DNA of 64,000 bases from Micavibrio sp. (GTDB lineage: Bacteria; Pseudomonadota; Alphaproteobacteria; UBA2400). The stretch is from NCBI GenBank assembly GCA_040376705.1, contig JBEIQE010000005.1:64156-128155 (forward strand), given 5' to 3'. The translations under genes and the position numbers were made by a program. Below, one piece after another: positions 18,214 to 28,959 of the stretch. The notes below the pieces were generated by a model. It was not told the DNA's origin and searched no databases. It was given only the letters and a program-made list of their open reading frames with translations. Within the stretch, counting starts at the first letter, position 1; each line of letters starts with the position of its first letter.

Positions 18214-19068
18214 TTATTTTTTCTGCCGATTCAACACCATGGCGCGAGGAATATCGTTAAGATCGTGCTTAATCTCAGCGATTTCAAGGCCCGCAGCCAC
18301 CATCAGCGCGCCCACCGCCGGCCCCTGCCCTGCCCCCAGCTCAAGCACGGCAAAACCCTGTGGGTGCAACAGCCGCGGAATCTCTTCTGCCAGCAGCTTG
18401 TAACAATCGAGCCCATCTACACCGGCAACCAGTGCCAGGCGCGGGTCGTGCTGGGTCACCTCCGGCTGCAAACCGGCCATATCGCCCTCTGAAATATAGG
18501 GCGGGTTGCTGATGATGATATCAAACGGTCCTTCAAGCCCGACACCCCAATCGCCTTCACGCACCTCGGCGCGCTCATCAAACCCCAGCTCGATGAGGTT
18601 GTTGCGTGCGGTTTCAACCGCCAGCGGGTTTTTATCAATCGCCAGCCCCTTGGCATTCGGCAGCTCGTGCAGCAAAGCTGCGAGCAGGCAGCCACTGCCG
18701 GTGCCCAAATCAAGCAGGCGCAAGGGGGCTGCTTTGTTGCCTATCTCATAGAGTGCTGCCTCGATAAGCGTTTCGCTATCAGGCCGTGGCTCGAGCGTAC
18801 CGGCACTGAGCCTGAAGGGTAGACCCCAGAACTCGCGCACACCCAAGATGCGTGCCACCGGCTCATGCGCGGCGCGGCGGTTAATCAGATTGCCGTAAAT
18901 CATCAGGATATCGACCGGCACCTCCTCATCGCCCTTCATGAGCAACTCAGCACGGGTAAGGCCGCATACCGCCTGCAGCAGCAGACGTGCATCAAGCATC
19001 GGCGTATCAATGTTCGAGAATTTCAGGCGGCCCGCTGCAAGGTTTAACGCGGTTGCGTAACCCGGCAT
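18214..19068 (-). CDS. prmC: release-factor glutamine N5-methyltransferase (HemK)
   Basis: LDLGTGSGCLLAAL (motif I), IISNPPYI (NPPY), 284 aa. Start abuts prfA stop. Confidence 0.9.
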   Translation of the reverse strand: MPGYATALNLAAGRLKFSNIDTPMLDARLLLQAVCGLTRAELLMKGDEEVPVDILMIYGNLINRRAAHEPVARILGVREFWGLPFRLSAGTLEPRPDSETLIEAALYEIGNKAAPLRLLDLGTGSGCLLAALLHELPNAKGLAIDKNPLAVETARNNLIELGFDERAEVREGDWGVGLEGPFDIIISNPPYISEGDMAGLQPEVTQHDPRLALVAGVDGLDCYKLLAEEIPRLLHPQGFAVLELGAGQGPAVGALMVAAGLEIAEIKHDLNDIPRAMVLNRQKK

Positions 19069-20151
19069 TTACTCTGTGCCCCCAACGCCCATATCGGCCA
19101 GACGTTCGGCTTCATCCTGCTCGATCAGCAAATCGATAAACTCATCGAGATCGCCCGCCATAATATGTTCAATCGCATGCGAGGTATAGTTGATCCTGTG
19201 GTCAGTTACGCGCGACTGCGGGAAGTTATAAGTGCGAATACGTTCGGAGCGGTCGCCCGTACCCACCTGGTCGCGGCGGTGCGAGGCACGTTCATCCGCC
19301 AAACGCTGACGCTCCATTTCATACAGTTTGGCGCGGATGATCTTGATCGCTTTGGCGCGGTTCTTGATCTGCGAGCGCTCTTCCTGCATGTGCACGGTAA
19401 GACCGGTTGGTATATGCGTCATGCGCACGGCTGATTCTGTACGGTTGACGCTCTGACCGCCCGCACCGCTAGCGCGCATCACTTCTATTTTCAGGTCTTT
19501 CTCGTCGATTTTGACGTCGACCTCTTCAGCCTCAGGCATAACCGCTACGGTAATGGTCGAGGTATGTACACGGCCCTGTGATTCAGTCTTGGGCACGCGT
19601 TGTACGCGGTGCACACCCGCCTCGAACTTGAGGCGCGCGAATACACCAGCGCCGCTCACTTCGGCAGTGGCATCTTTATAGCCACCGATACCGTTATCCG
19701 AGATGTCCATGATCTCGAACTTCCAGCCACGACGCGCGGCATATCGCTGGTATGCGCCAAACATTTCAGCCGCAAACAAACCGGCTTCATCGCCGCCTGC
19801 ACCGGCACGAATTTCAAGAAAGCCGTTGCGGTCATCCGCTGCATCTTTGGGCAGCAGCATACGCTGTACTTTTTTGGTAAGTACAGGCAGCTCGGCACGC
19901 TTCTCCAGCCATTCGGCTTCGGCCATGCGGCGCATCTCAAGGTCGGCCTCGGCCTTCATCATCACTTCAAGGTCGGCTACGGCGCGCTCGGTTGAGCGCA
20001 GCTCGTTAACCGCTTCGACCAGCGGGGTAATTTCAGCATATTCCTTCGAGGCCTTGGTAAAGGCTTCGGCAGACAGACCTGTGCTCGAGAGCAGGCTTTG
20101 CAGCTCATCGTGGCGTAACAGGACGCGATGGAGATTGTCTTCCAGAGACAT
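19069..20151 (-). CDS. prfA: peptide chain release factor 1
   Basis: 360 aa; GGQ motif (RASGAGGQSVN), PxT-region context, canonical RF1 N-terminus. Confidence 0.95.
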   Translation of the reverse strand: MSLEDNLHRVLLRHDELQSLLSSTGLSAEAFTKASKEYAEITPLVEAVNELRSTERAVADLEVMMKAEADLEMRRMAEAEWLEKRAELPVLTKKVQRMLLPKDAADDRNGFLEIRAGAGGDEAGLFAAEMFGAYQRYAARRGWKFEIMDISDNGIGGYKDATAEVSGAGVFARLKFEAGVHRVQRVPKTESQGRVHTSTITVAVMPEAEEVDVKIDEKDLKIEVMRASGAGGQSVNRTESAVRMTHIPTGLTVHMQEERSQIKNRAKAIKIIRAKLYEMERQRLADERASHRRDQVGTGDRSERIRTYNFPQSRVTDHRINYTSHAIEHIMAGDLDEFIDLLIEQDEAERLADMGVGGTE

Positions 20152-20164
20152 AGAAAAAACTCAG

Positions 20165-20803
20165 CTACTTAAGGCCCGGTGGCGTTGTGGGATGCTGAGA
20201 TGGCATGGAGGGTGCAGGTAAGGCAAGCGTATTATTGCCGCTAGGGGGTGAATATGCGCTGTTTCTCAGGCGAGAGAGCAGCTGTGTGGCCTCCGTTTCC
20301 GCCATGAAATTATCCCATTCGGCCAGCGCGTTAAACGCGCCTTGCAGGGCCTGCCCCATGCGCGGGCCTTTGTATTTTATGGTGCCAGCCTCGTGCTTGG
20401 TGATGGTGCCCTTGCGCAGCAGGTCTTTTTTATCGGCCAGCGCGAACATGTTATCGACCAGTACCCGCAGGGCGATTTTTACATCGGCGCGCGAATTCAT
20501 CTCATCAAGGTGGGCCTCTACATTACCATCACGCCCAGCCTGACGGCTACTACCCTCAACTTTATCAAGCGCCTTGGCCAGCTGCATCCATGGCTCACCG
20601 CCGGTTGAATGCAAAATATCGAGCTCGGCCTTCTCATCCCTATTACCTGATTTTTTGATCTGGGGCCCGAGTTTGTAGGTTTTCTCGTGCTGGCTCTTAA
20701 GCACGTGACCAGCATGGCAGATATCCTGGAGAATCTCCCAGAACCGCACACTAACCTTGTAGCTTCGCTCAGTCCCGGTTGGCGGTGTCTCGGCCATGCC
20801 CAT
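20165..20803 (-). CDS. hypothetical protein (212 aa)
   Basis: Intact ORF between ispG and prfA on the same strand. No motif recognised by eye. Confidence 0.45.
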   Translation of the reverse strand: MGMAETPPTGTERSYKVSVRFWEILQDICHAGHVLKSQHEKTYKLGPQIKKSGNRDEKAELDILHSTGGEPWMQLAKALDKVEGSSRQAGRDGNVEAHLDEMNSRADVKIALRVLVDNMFALADKKDLLRKGTITKHEAGTIKYKGPRMGQALQGAFNALAEWDNFMAETEATQLLSRLRNSAYSPPSGNNTLALPAPSMPSQHPTTPPGLK

Positions 20804-20879
20804 CTATCCCTGCTTATTGTTTTGTTAGGTACAGCATCGGCAAGAACGCGGATTAACGCAAGAGGTAATTGCTGAAAAA

Positions 20880-21995
20880 CTAGGCAGCTTCGGTCTTTTT
20901 TACAGTCGCCGCCCTCTCCTCGACCATTTTAACCAGATGCTCGACGATGCTTTCGTCCCTGTCCATCAGGCGGTGCGCGGTCTGCCCGCCCACGTAAACC
21001 TGATGCACGCCGTTGCCACCGCCGGTAAAGCCAATATCAGTCGAGCGTGCTTCACCCGGCCCGTTCACCACGCAGCCGATAACCGATAACGTCATCGGCA
21101 CGGTGATATGCGCCAAGCGCGCCTCCAGCTCGGCCACAGTTTTGATCACATCGAAATTCTGGCGCGCGCAGCTGGGGCAGGCAATCACGCTCACACCGCG
21201 GGTACGCAGGTACATGCTCTTGAGCATTTCAAAGCCAACAGCCACTTCCTCAACCGGGTCGGCCGAAAGCGACACACGTAGCGTATCGCCAATCCCGCTC
21301 CACAGCAGCATGCCAAGGCCGATGGATGATTTTACCGTACCGGTGCGCAAGCCCCCAGCTTCAGTAATGCCGATATGCAGCGAGTGATCGCAGGCATCTG
21401 CCAGTTGCTGATAGGCCGCAACGGCCAAGAACACATCGCTGGCTTTAACTGAAATCTTGAACTCATGGAAATCGAGATCCTGCAGAATAGCAGCTTGTGT
21501 GAGCGCGCTTTCGACCAGCGCCTCAGGGCATGGCTCGCCATACTTCTCAAGCAGGTCGCGCTCGAGTGAGCCTGCATTCACGCCAATACGCATCGAGCAA
21601 CCATGGTCCTGCGCGGCGCGCACTACTTCACGCACACGCTCGGCGCTACCGATGTTACCGGGGTTTACACGCAAACAGGCCGCACCTGCCTTGGCCGCTT
21701 CTATCGCGCGTTTATAGTGGAAATGGATATCGGCCACAATCGGCACCGGGCTGCCGGTCACAATGGCTTTAAGTGCGGCGGTTGACTCTTCATCCGGGCA
21801 GGACACCCGTACAATATCAGCCCCTGCGCGTGCTGCTGCATTCACTTGCGCCAATGTAGCCAGTGCATCCGTGGTGGGGGTATTGGTCATGGTCTGCACG
21901 CTGATGGGCGCATCGCCACCTACAAGTACAGTACCTACTTTGATCTGGCGGGATTTACGGCGCTGAATATGACGATAAGCACGCTCGGTCTGCAT
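20880..21995 (-). CDS. ispG: 4-hydroxy-3-methylbut-2-en-1-yl diphosphate synthase (GcpE)
   Basis: ..[22 protein letters not shown].. N-terminus and CPSCAR [4Fe-4S] cysteine motif ([10 protein letters not shown]). Confidence 0.95.
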   Translation of the reverse strand: MQTERAYRHIQRRKSRQIKVGTVLVGGDAPISVQTMTNTPTTDALATLAQVNAAARAGADIVRVSCPDEESTAALKAIVTGSPVPIVADIHFHYKRAIEAAKAGAACLRVNPGNIGSAERVREVVRAAQDHGCSMRIGVNAGSLERDLLEKYGEPCPEALVESALTQAAILQDLDFHEFKISVKASDVFLAVAAYQQLADACDHSLHIGITEAGGLRTGTVKSSIGLGMLLWSGIGDTLRVSLSADPVEEVAVGFEMLKSMYLRTRGVSVIACPSCARQNFDVIKTVAELEARLAHITVPMTLSVIGCVVNGPGEARSTDIGFTGGGNGVHQVYVGGQTAHRLMDRDESIVEHLVKMVEERAATVKKTEAA

Positions 21996-22024
21996 TATGC
22001 ACCCCCTTGTTAGGTGGGCGCAGC

Positions 22025-22984
22025 CTAGTTTAAAACGGCACTGCCGTCGAGCAGGCGCGCAGGATCTAATGTCACATCATAGCGGGTGCGGCCGGTATCA
22101 TTGCGCTGCGGTACCAGACGGCCATCGACCATAATGGCGAGATCGCTCAGATTCCCGGTTGAAAGCTGCACGCGACCCCAGTTAGACGGCAGGGTATAGT
22201 TCTGCCCGGCACGCATGACAATGCTACCTACGCGCTGGCCAGCTTCGTTACGGAACTGAACCCAGGTTTCGCCATAGGCACGCAGGCTGATCACGCCAGC
22301 GCCGCGGTAGGCCTGCGGCGGTGTGGGGGCTACCGGCTGGGCTACAACCTCAGCAGAGGTTACAGCTGGCTGGGCAACCGGAGCAGCAACAGCAGCTGGT
22401 GCGGGCGCTACAAATACCGGCGCGGGCGGCACAGCCTCTTCGGCAAAGCGGGTGGGCAAGGGAGGGACTGACAGCACAGCATCGCGCCTGTCGGGCATGC
22501 TGGCCTGCCACAGGCCATAAGCCAACACCACTAGCACAAGACCAGCGATGACCACAGCCATACTGGGGATGCGGCGCTCGGCGCTGTCGGGCTCAGTGTT
22601 CAGGTTGAACTGGGCAATGGCTGGCAGCGGGGCCGGTGCGCCGGTCGCTTCTTCACGGAAGCGGCTGAGCAGCTCGGCTTTATCGAGCTCTAAAAAGTTG
22701 GCATAGGCCGAAACAAAACCTTGTGCGTAGACCAGCGGCGGCAAGTCGGCAAAACGGCCTTCTTCCAGCGCCTCGAGATGGGCGGCACGGATGTTCAGGG
22801 AATTGGCAACTTCATGCAGATCGTAGCCCAACAGGATGCGCGCGTTGCGCAAGACGGTCGCCACCGACTCAGGCGAACGGTCAGCAGCATTCCCGCGCAC
22901 ATGCGCGCTGCCTTTCCAGTTAGTTTTCAGACGTCCGATATCGCCCATGGCGAAGATATACTCTTGATTTGAGTTGATGTGCAA
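22025..22984 (-). CDS. rodZ: RodZ-like cytoskeleton protein (XRE HTH + TM + DUF4115)
   Basis: HTH (..[34 protein letters not shown]..), single TM ([18 protein letters not shown]), C-terminal DUF4115-like (..[19 protein letters not shown]..). Directly upstream of ispG as in E. coli rodZ-ispG. Start may be an internal Met. Confidence 0.72.
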   Translation of the reverse strand: MHINSNQEYIFAMGDIGRLKTNWKGSAHVRGNAADRSPESVATVLRNARILLGYDLHEVANSLNIRAAHLEALEEGRFADLPPLVYAQGFVSAYANFLELDKAELLSRFREEATGAPAPLPAIAQFNLNTEPDSAERRIPSMAVVIAGLVLVVLAYGLWQASMPDRRDAVLSVPPLPTRFAEEAVPPAPVFVAPAPAAVAAPVAQPAVTSAEVVAQPVAPTPPQAYRGAGVISLRAYGETWVQFRNEAGQRVGSIVMRAGQNYTLPSNWGRVQLSTGNLSDLAIMVDGRLVPQRNDTGRTRYDVTLDPARLLDGSAVLN

Positions 22985-23032
22985 ACACCTAGCAGAGCGC
23001 CTCCAGCCAGCGCAACGTGCATTTGCTCAAAA

Positions 23033-25351
23033 TTACCTGAAATGCTCGATATATACGCCGCGATCGCGCGCAAATGCCGCTAATTTCGGCCTTAATGTGC
23101 GGTCGGGGCTTTCCATAAGAGTTTCCATAAAGGCCGTTAACGGCCCCAGATGAAGAGAACGAAGCATCAACTTAACCGAGTCAAACGAGCCAGCCGAGAG
23201 CGAAAGCGCACGGTAACCGATGCCCAGCAGCGCCATGGCCTCGAGCGGCTGGCCCGCCAGCTCACCGCATAGTGTGAGCGGACGTTTAGCGATAGCGCAT
23301 TCACGCGCGATACTGCGGAGCATGGTAAGCACAGCGGGCGAGAGCGGGTCGTACCGGCTGGTGATGGCACGGTTGCCACGGTCAGCCGCCAGTACAAACT
23401 GCAAGAGATCGTTACTGCCAATCGAGAGGAAGTCGACCTCGCGTAATAGCGCCGGCAGCTGGAACAGCAAGGCGGGCACCTCAAGCATCGCGCCAACCTC
23501 AAGCTTGGTCGGCGGCTCTTCCTTGCGCTCATGGGCACGCTCACGCTCTTTCTCGAGCAGTTCTTTAGCGCGCATCAGCTCATCCACCTCGGTGATCATG
23601 GGGAACATGATTTTGAGGTTACGGCCCGCACCTGCGCGCAGCAGCGCCCGTAACTGCTGGCGCAGCATGGAAGGGCGATCAAGACCAATACGAATAGCGC
23701 GCCAGCCCAGTGCCGGGTTCTCTTCGACCGGATGAGTCATGTAAGGCAAAAACTTGTCGCCACCGATATCCAGCGTGCGGAACGTCACACTGCGTCCGCC
23801 AGACTGATCGAGCACTTTTTTATAAATCTCGGTCTGAATGGCGACATCAGGGAAGTCGCCACGCGAGAGGAACGGAATTTCAGTACGATACAAGCCAATG
23901 CCATCGGCCTTGGTCATCTCGAGCTGCGGCACATCAAGCAGCAAGCCGCAATTGAGGTTAAGCGAAACACTCACACCATCGAGCGTGACTGACGGCAGCG
24001 CACGCACCTCGGCATTTATACGTGCCTTGTTTGCACGTGCGGCCATGCTTTTTACAAAGGTGCTGCGCACTTCTTCGGCAGGGCGCACCAGTACCTGTGC
24101 ATTATCGGCATCAAGCAGCAGCTCATCGCCCGCTTCGATACGCGCGAGTGCATTGCTGCACTGGCCGAGCACGGGTATGCCCAAAGCGCGGGCCACAATC
24201 ACCACATGGCTGGTGGCTGCGCCTTCTTCCAGAATCACACCGCGCAGCTTGGCGGAAGGGATATCCAGCAGCTCGGCTGGCCCGAGGTGACGGGCCACCA
24301 GAATGGCATCATCGGGAATGGGCGCAGCTTTAAAAGCATCTGCCGGGCGCAATAAATGCTGCAACAAGCGGCGCGAGAGATCATCAAAATCAGAGAGGCG
24401 ATCACGCAAATACGGATCGGTACTGGCCGAGAGGCGCGTCTTGATCTGCTCGGCCACCTGCATAACTGCAGCCTCGGCAGTCAGGCCGGAGCGAATGGCC
24501 TCGTTAATACGGCCCACCCAACCGCGATCACTCGCGATCATGCGGTAGGCTTCAAGCACTTCGTCTTTATCGGTGTTACCGCTGGGCTGCAGCAGGCTAT
24601 CGAGCGAGGCATGCATGGCGGCCAAGGCCGCGTTCAGGCGTTTGACCTCTTGCGTGGGGTTATCGGCCAGCAGGCGCTCGATGGTAATTTCTGCACGGTG
24701 CAAAATGGCTTTGCCCACCGCCATACCGGCGTTAAACGGCATACCGGTCAGGCGCGCGGGGCCAAACGCCTCTTCGGCATTCAAGCTGGTTTCGGTATTG
24801 GCGATAAAGTCGCCACCTGACACCAGCTCGGCCAGCACCATGGCGACAGTCTGCAGTGTCTCGATTTCTTCAGCCGTATAAGCGCGTGTCTCTTTATGCT
24901 GAATGGCCAGCACACCGCGTACCTTGCCGCCGCGCACCAATGGTACACCGCAAAGCGACTGGAACGGATCCTCGCCCGTCTCGGGGCGATAGGCAAAGTT
25001 AGGGTGCTGCGGGGCATTGCTGGTGGCCAGCGGGCCAGCAGCAGCGGCAATAGAGCCGATAAGACCTTCGCCTACACGCAAACGGGTATGATGCACCGCC
25101 TTGGGGTTAAGGCCGATGGTAGCAAACAGCTCAAGCACTTCGCCCGCGCGCAGCAGATAGAGCGAGCATACCTCAGCCCCGGCAGCCGAAGCGATGAGGC
25201 GTACCACATGGTCGAGGCGCTTTTGCGAAGGCTGATCAGCTGCTAAGGCATCGCGCAGGCCCGAAAGCAGGTGACGCGTATCCATGGTGCTTTTAGAAGC
25301 ACCTTTTTGCGGGCTACTGGCAGGTGTCTGTCCAGATTGCCCGGCCATCAT
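23033..25351 (-). CDS. ptsP: phosphoenolpyruvate-protein phosphotransferase EI-Ntr with N-terminal GAF domain
   Basis: N-terminal GAF (..EVCSLYLLRAGEVLELFATIGL..), PEP-utilising enzyme core with catalytic His region (..LEEGAATSHVVIVARALGIPV..) and C-terminal TIM barrel. 772 aa. Confidence 0.9.
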   Translation of the reverse strand: MMAGQSGQTPASSPQKGASKSTMDTRHLLSGLRDALAADQPSQKRLDHVVRLIASAAGAEVCSLYLLRAGEVLELFATIGLNPKAVHHTRLRVGEGLIGSIAAAAGPLATSNAPQHPNFAYRPETGEDPFQSLCGVPLVRGGKVRGVLAIQHKETRAYTAEEIETLQTVAMVLAELVSGGDFIANTETSLNAEEAFGPARLTGMPFNAGMAVGKAILHRAEITIERLLADNPTQEVKRLNAALAAMHASLDSLLQPSGNTDKDEVLEAYRMIASDRGWVGRINEAIRSGLTAEAAVMQVAEQIKTRLSASTDPYLRDRLSDFDDLSRRLLQHLLRPADAFKAAPIPDDAILVARHLGPAELLDIPSAKLRGVILEEGAATSHVVIVARALGIPVLGQCSNALARIEAGDELLLDADNAQVLVRPAEEVRSTFVKSMAARANKARINAEVRALPSVTLDGVSVSLNLNCGLLLDVPQLEMTKADGIGLYRTEIPFLSRGDFPDVAIQTEIYKKVLDQSGGRSVTFRTLDIGGDKFLPYMTHPVEENPALGWRAIRIGLDRPSMLRQQLRALLRAGAGRNLKIMFPMITEVDELMRAKELLEKERERAHERKEEPPTKLEVGAMLEVPALLFQLPALLREVDFLSIGSNDLLQFVLAADRGNRAITSRYDPLSPAVLTMLRSIARECAIAKRPLTLCGELAGQPLEAMALLGIGYRALSLSAGSFDSVKLMLRSLHLGPLTAFMETLMESPDRTLRPKLAAFARDRGVYIEHFR

Positions 25352-26391
25352 GGAACTCCGATGCTGCGCTGGGAAATACCCCAGACGGCCTGCTGTGTAA
25401 GCTCGGCCAATATCTCGGCTGCAGGCTGAATCTTGTGCACCATGCCCACACTCTGCCCGGCCATCACCGAGCCGGTTTCAACATCACCCTCAATCACAGC
25501 GCGGCGCAGGGCACCCGCCCAGAAATGCTCGATCTCAAGCTGGGCAGCCTTCTGGTCGAGCTCGCCTTTATCAAAGCGCGCAATCACTTCGCGCTGCTTA
25601 TCGATAAACTTCTGCGTGCCCTCGTTAGCCAAGCCGCGCACCGGAATAACCGGGAAGCGCTGGTCAACCTGCGGCGAAAGTACTGCATCGCGTGCTGAAG
25701 CCTTGAGGAAGGCGTTCTTGAACTTGGGATGCGCAATCGACTCTGTCGCGCATACAAAGCGCGTACCCAGCTGTACGCCCGAAGCGCCGATATCGAGGAA
25801 GGTAACAATCGCTTCGCCACGGCCAATACCACCCGCTACAAACACCGGTACTTCACGAATGGTGGGGAGAATTTCCTGCGCGAGAATGGAGGTTGCCACC
25901 GGGCCGGTATGGCCGCCGGCTTCCATGCCTTCAATGACCAGCGCATCCGCCCCCTGCTTGACGAGGCGTTTGGCAGTAATCGCTGTAGGCGCAAAGCACA
26001 TGAGCTTGGCTCCGCCGTCCTTCACCGCCCTCATCGCATCCTGCGGCGGCAAGCCGCCAGCCAGCACGATGTGGCTTACATTCTCTTCAAGGCACACCTT
26101 GATGAGATCGAGCAGCTGCGGGTGCATGGTAATGACATTCACACCGAATGGCTTGGTTGTAAGCGCGCGCGTGGCCTTGATTTCGGCCCGCAGGATATCC
26201 GGCGGCATCGAGCCTGAGGCTAGCACACCAAAACCGCCGCCGTTAGAGATGGCAGCAACCAGGTTGCGCTCCGAGACCCAGGTCATGGCGCCGCCCATAA
26301 TGGCAAACTCGGTACCGAGGAACTCAGCGCCGCGCTTCCAGAGATTGTCGAGATAGGTACGGGACCAGGCTTCTTTTTCAGGCGACAGCAT
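25348..26391 (-). CDS. NAD(P)H-dependent flavin oxidoreductase, nitronate monooxygenase / FabK-like family
   Basis: ..FAIMGGAMTWVSERNLVAAISNGGGFGVLASG.. and ..VFVAGGIGRGEAIVTFLDIGASGVQLGTRF.. typical NMO (2-nitropropane dioxygenase) TIM barrel. Start taken at internal Met (MLSPEKE) to limit overlap with lysC 3' end; track ORF extends to 26418. Confidence 0.78.
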   Translation of the reverse strand: MLSPEKEAWSRTYLDNLWKRGAEFLGTEFAIMGGAMTWVSERNLVAAISNGGGFGVLASGSMPPDILRAEIKATRALTTKPFGVNVITMHPQLLDLIKVCLEENVSHIVLAGGLPPQDAMRAVKDGGAKLMCFAPTAITAKRLVKQGADALVIEGMEAGGHTGPVATSILAQEILPTIREVPVFVAGGIGRGEAIVTFLDIGASGVQLGTRFVCATESIAHPKFKNAFLKASARDAVLSPQVDQRFPVIPVRGLANEGTQKFIDKQREVIARFDKGELDQKAAQLEIEHFWAGALRRAVIEGDVETGSVMAGQSVGMVHKIQPAAEILAELTQQAVWGISQRSIGVP

Positions 26392-27613
26392 CGAGACCAT
26401 AAGCAGTATGAAGGGCACGGACGGCCAGCTCGGTGTAGCTGGTTTCGATCAAAACACTGATCTTGATTTCGGAGGTCGAGATCACGCGGATGTTGATCCC
26501 CTTCTCGAACAAGGTCTTGAACATCATGGCGGCAACACCGGCATGTGAGCGCATGCCGACACCGATAACGCTGATCTTGGAGACATCGGAATCGGTTTGT
26601 ACAGCGTCATAACCAAATTCTTTGCGTACGGTCTCGAGCGCTTCAACCGATTTGATCAAGTCGCTCTTGGGTACGGTGAAGGTCATGTCGGTGGTGCCAT
26701 CGGCCGAAATGTTCTGCACAATCATATCAACGTTGATATGCGCCTCGGCCAAGGGGCCGAAGATGGCAGCGGCCACACCCGGACGGTCCGGTACGTTGCG
26801 CAGGGTGATCTGGGCATCGTCGCGGCTATAGGCAATGCCGGTGACAGTCTGGCTCTCCATCACATTCTCCTCGTCTGTCATCATGGTGCCGGGCAGGCTG
26901 GAACCCACTTCTGGCGCAAAACTCGATAAAACCTGCACTGGTACACGGTGGCGCATAGCCATTTCAACCGAGCGGGTCTGCAACACCTTGGCGCCTACTG
27001 ACGCCAGCTCGAGCATTTCCTCACAGGTAATGTGCTTGAGCTTGCGCGCCTTTTCGGCAATGCGCGGGTCGGTGGTATAAACGCCGTCCACATCGGTATA
27101 GATATCACAGCGCAGGGCCTGCAAGGCAGCCGCCAAGGCAACCGCCGATGTGTCCGAGCCACCACGGCCCAGCGTGGTAATACGGCCGTCACTGGTTACA
27201 CCCTGAAAACCCGCAACCACAGGAATAGTACCACTCGCCATATCGGCGAGTAAATTCGCTGGCTCAATACGCTCGATGCGTGCCTTGCCATGGGCGTTAT
27301 TGGTTACAATCGGCACCTGCCAGCCCTGATAGGCCTTGGCCTTGAGCCCAAGGTCCTGCAGCGCAATCGCCATCAGGCCACTGGTCACCTGCTCGCCGCT
27401 GGCGACGACCTGATCGTACTCGCTCCAGGGGAAGTCAGCCTTGGCGCTACGGCAGTAGTCAACCAGAGCGTTGGTCACGCCCGCCATGGCCGAAACCACC
27501 ACGGTAATCTGATGCCCAGCCTGATGTTCACGCAGCACTTTTTGCGCAGCATTTTTAATGCGGCTGACATCGGCAACAGAGGTGCCGCCAAACTTGAGAA
27601 CCAGACGGGCCAT
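26378..27613 (-). CDS. lysC: aspartate kinase
   Basis: MARLVLKFGGTSVADVSRI... N-terminus, two C-terminal ACT domains. The 584-aa track ORF (to 28132) is an upstream in-frame extension; true start is Met174 of that ORF (ATG at 27613). Confidence 0.9.
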   Translation of the reverse strand: MARLVLKFGGTSVADVSRIKNAAQKVLREHQAGHQITVVVSAMAGVTNALVDYCRSAKADFPWSEYDQVVASGEQVTSGLMAIALQDLGLKAKAYQGWQVPIVTNNAHGKARIERIEPANLLADMASGTIPVVAGFQGVTSDGRITTLGRGGSDTSAVALAAALQALRCDIYTDVDGVYTTDPRIAEKARKLKHITCEEMLELASVGAKVLQTRSVEMAMRHRVPVQVLSSFAPEVGSSLPGTMMTDEENVMESQTVTGIAYSRDDAQITLRNVPDRPGVAAAIFGPLAEAHINVDMIVQNISADGTTDMTFTVPKSDLIKSVEALETVRKEFGYDAVQTDSDVSKISVIGVGMRSHAGVAAMMFKTLFEKGINIRVISTSEIKISVLIETSYTELAVRALHTAYGLDAVA

Positions 27614-27673
27614 ACAGGGCTGTTTGTGCGTCTTTATGGCGTTTATGTCAATGTTGCATAAGCTATTTATGGA

Positions 27674-28429
27674 GTGCATATTTGCCCCATGACAGCCACC
27701 CGCAATACCCTCGACCCCCATGAACAAAGCCGCTTTGGCGCATTGAGCCATGAGTGGTGGGCAGAGGATGGGGCTTTTGCTGCACTCGCTGCCTATAACC
27801 CCATTCGCCTTGCCTATATCCGCGAGGCCGTGACCAAGGGTATGGGGCGCGATGTGAGCGGTAAAACGCCGCTTAAGGGTCTGCGAATCCTCGACATTGG
27901 CTGCGGTGGCGGCATTCTGGCCGAGCCTCTGGCCCGTATGGGCGCCAAGGTAACCGGGCTTGACGCTACGGCCCCTGCTATTGCGGCGGCCAAACAGCAC
28001 GCCAAGCAGAACGGGCTGGAGATCGACTACCGCCTCTCTACCATCGAGCGCTTCAAGCCCTCGGCCAAGTTCGATGTGGTGGTAGCGTCTGAAGTTTTGG
28101 AGCACGTGGCGGATGCTGAAAGCTTTTTGCAAAATGCTGCCAGCATGCTGCGCCCGGGCGGCGTGCTGGTGATCACCACCATCAACCGCACGCTACGCTC
28201 ACTCGCTTTTGGTATTATCGCCGCCGAGCATATTCTCAAGATGGTTCCCATCGGCACGCATAGCTGGAAGAAGTTCATCAAGCCATCTGAAATCGCCGCC
28301 CTGCTCGAAGGCACCGGCGCTGAAGTACAGGATGTAATGGGCGTGATCTATAACCCCCTGACCAAGCGCATGCGCACCTCACGCAGTGATCTGGCGGTTA
28401 ACTACATGCTGTGGGCGCTTAAGGCTTAA
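27674..28429 (+). CDS. ubiG: bifunctional 3-demethylubiquinol 3-O-methyltransferase / 2-polyprenyl-6-hydroxyphenol methylase
   Basis: RILDIGCGGGILAEPLARMG (motif I), ..FDVVVASEVLEHV.., 251 aa. Divergent from lysC as in many alphaproteobacteria. Confidence 0.9.
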   Translation: MHICPMTATRNTLDPHEQSRFGALSHEWWAEDGAFAALAAYNPIRLAYIREAVTKGMGRDVSGKTPLKGLRILDIGCGGGILAEPLARMGAKVTGLDATAPAIAAAKQHAKQNGLEIDYRLSTIERFKPSAKFDVVVASEVLEHVADAESFLQNAASMLRPGGVLVITTINRTLRSLAFGIIAAEHILKMVPIGTHSWKKFIKPSEIAALLEGTGAEVQDVMGVIYNPLTKRMRTSRSDLAVNYMLWALKA

Positions 28430-28959
28430 TTCGCACCCGATGGCGCTGGTTCCAGCATATCAAGGTTGAACTTGATGTTAAGGTATGCGGCGGGCTGGTT
28501 ATATGCCCGGCGCTGCGCCGTGAATGACGTGATGGTGAGCCGCACCCTGCCCGCTGCCACAGCTCCCATATCCGTACACATGCGCTTGCTGTTGGGGTCG
28601 CACTCATTAGCCTTCATAAACAGGGCATAATCGTTACATGACAAGGCATACCTGATGTTATTCGGCGCAGGCAGCTGCGTGCTGGGCTGGGCGCCGGGTG
28701 CTGCTGGCGTTGCCAGCACAACAGTAAGCGCAGCAGGCGGCATGGTAATGCTGGCCACGTTGCCGCAACTGCTGCCATCCGTTACTGCAGCGCGCCAACC
28801 GCCCACAATTGGCGTGAGTGAGAACACGCGCTTATCCGGCAATACTTGAGTATAAGACTGGCCAGCCATCAGCTCGCCGGTAAAGCTGGCCGGCTTTTGC
28901 TGAGCCCATGCAGGGCCTGCACAGAGCAGCATGACAAGAACAACGCTATGCAGCTTCAT
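28426..28959 (-). CDS. secreted hypothetical protein (177 aa, Sec signal peptide, several Cys)
   Basis: MKLHSVVLVMLLCAGPAWAQQ signal peptide. 4-bp overlap with upstream desaturase gene. Confidence 0.5.
   Translation of the reverse strand: MKLHSVVLVMLLCAGPAWAQQKPASFTGELMAGQSYTQVLPDKRVFSLTPIVGGWRAAVTDGSSCGNVASITMPPAALTVVLATPAAPGAQPSTQLPAPNNIRYALSCNDYALFMKANECDPNSKRMCTDMGAVAAGRVRLTITSFTAQRRAYNQPAAYLNIKFNLDMLEPAPSGAN

Noticed and set aside
25433-26356. 307-aa plus-strand ORF inside the NMO gene, and 24896-25246 / 23838-24290 inside ptsP
   Set aside because: These are antisense to conserved, motif-bearing genes. Ser/Ala/Arg/Pro-rich artefacts.
27614-28132. 584-aa version of aspartokinase (track ORF 26378-28132)
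   Set aside because: The N-terminal 173 residues precede the canonical MARLVLKFGGTSV start. They lack similarity to aspartokinases and would run into the ubiG promoter region. Treated as an upstream in-frame extension.
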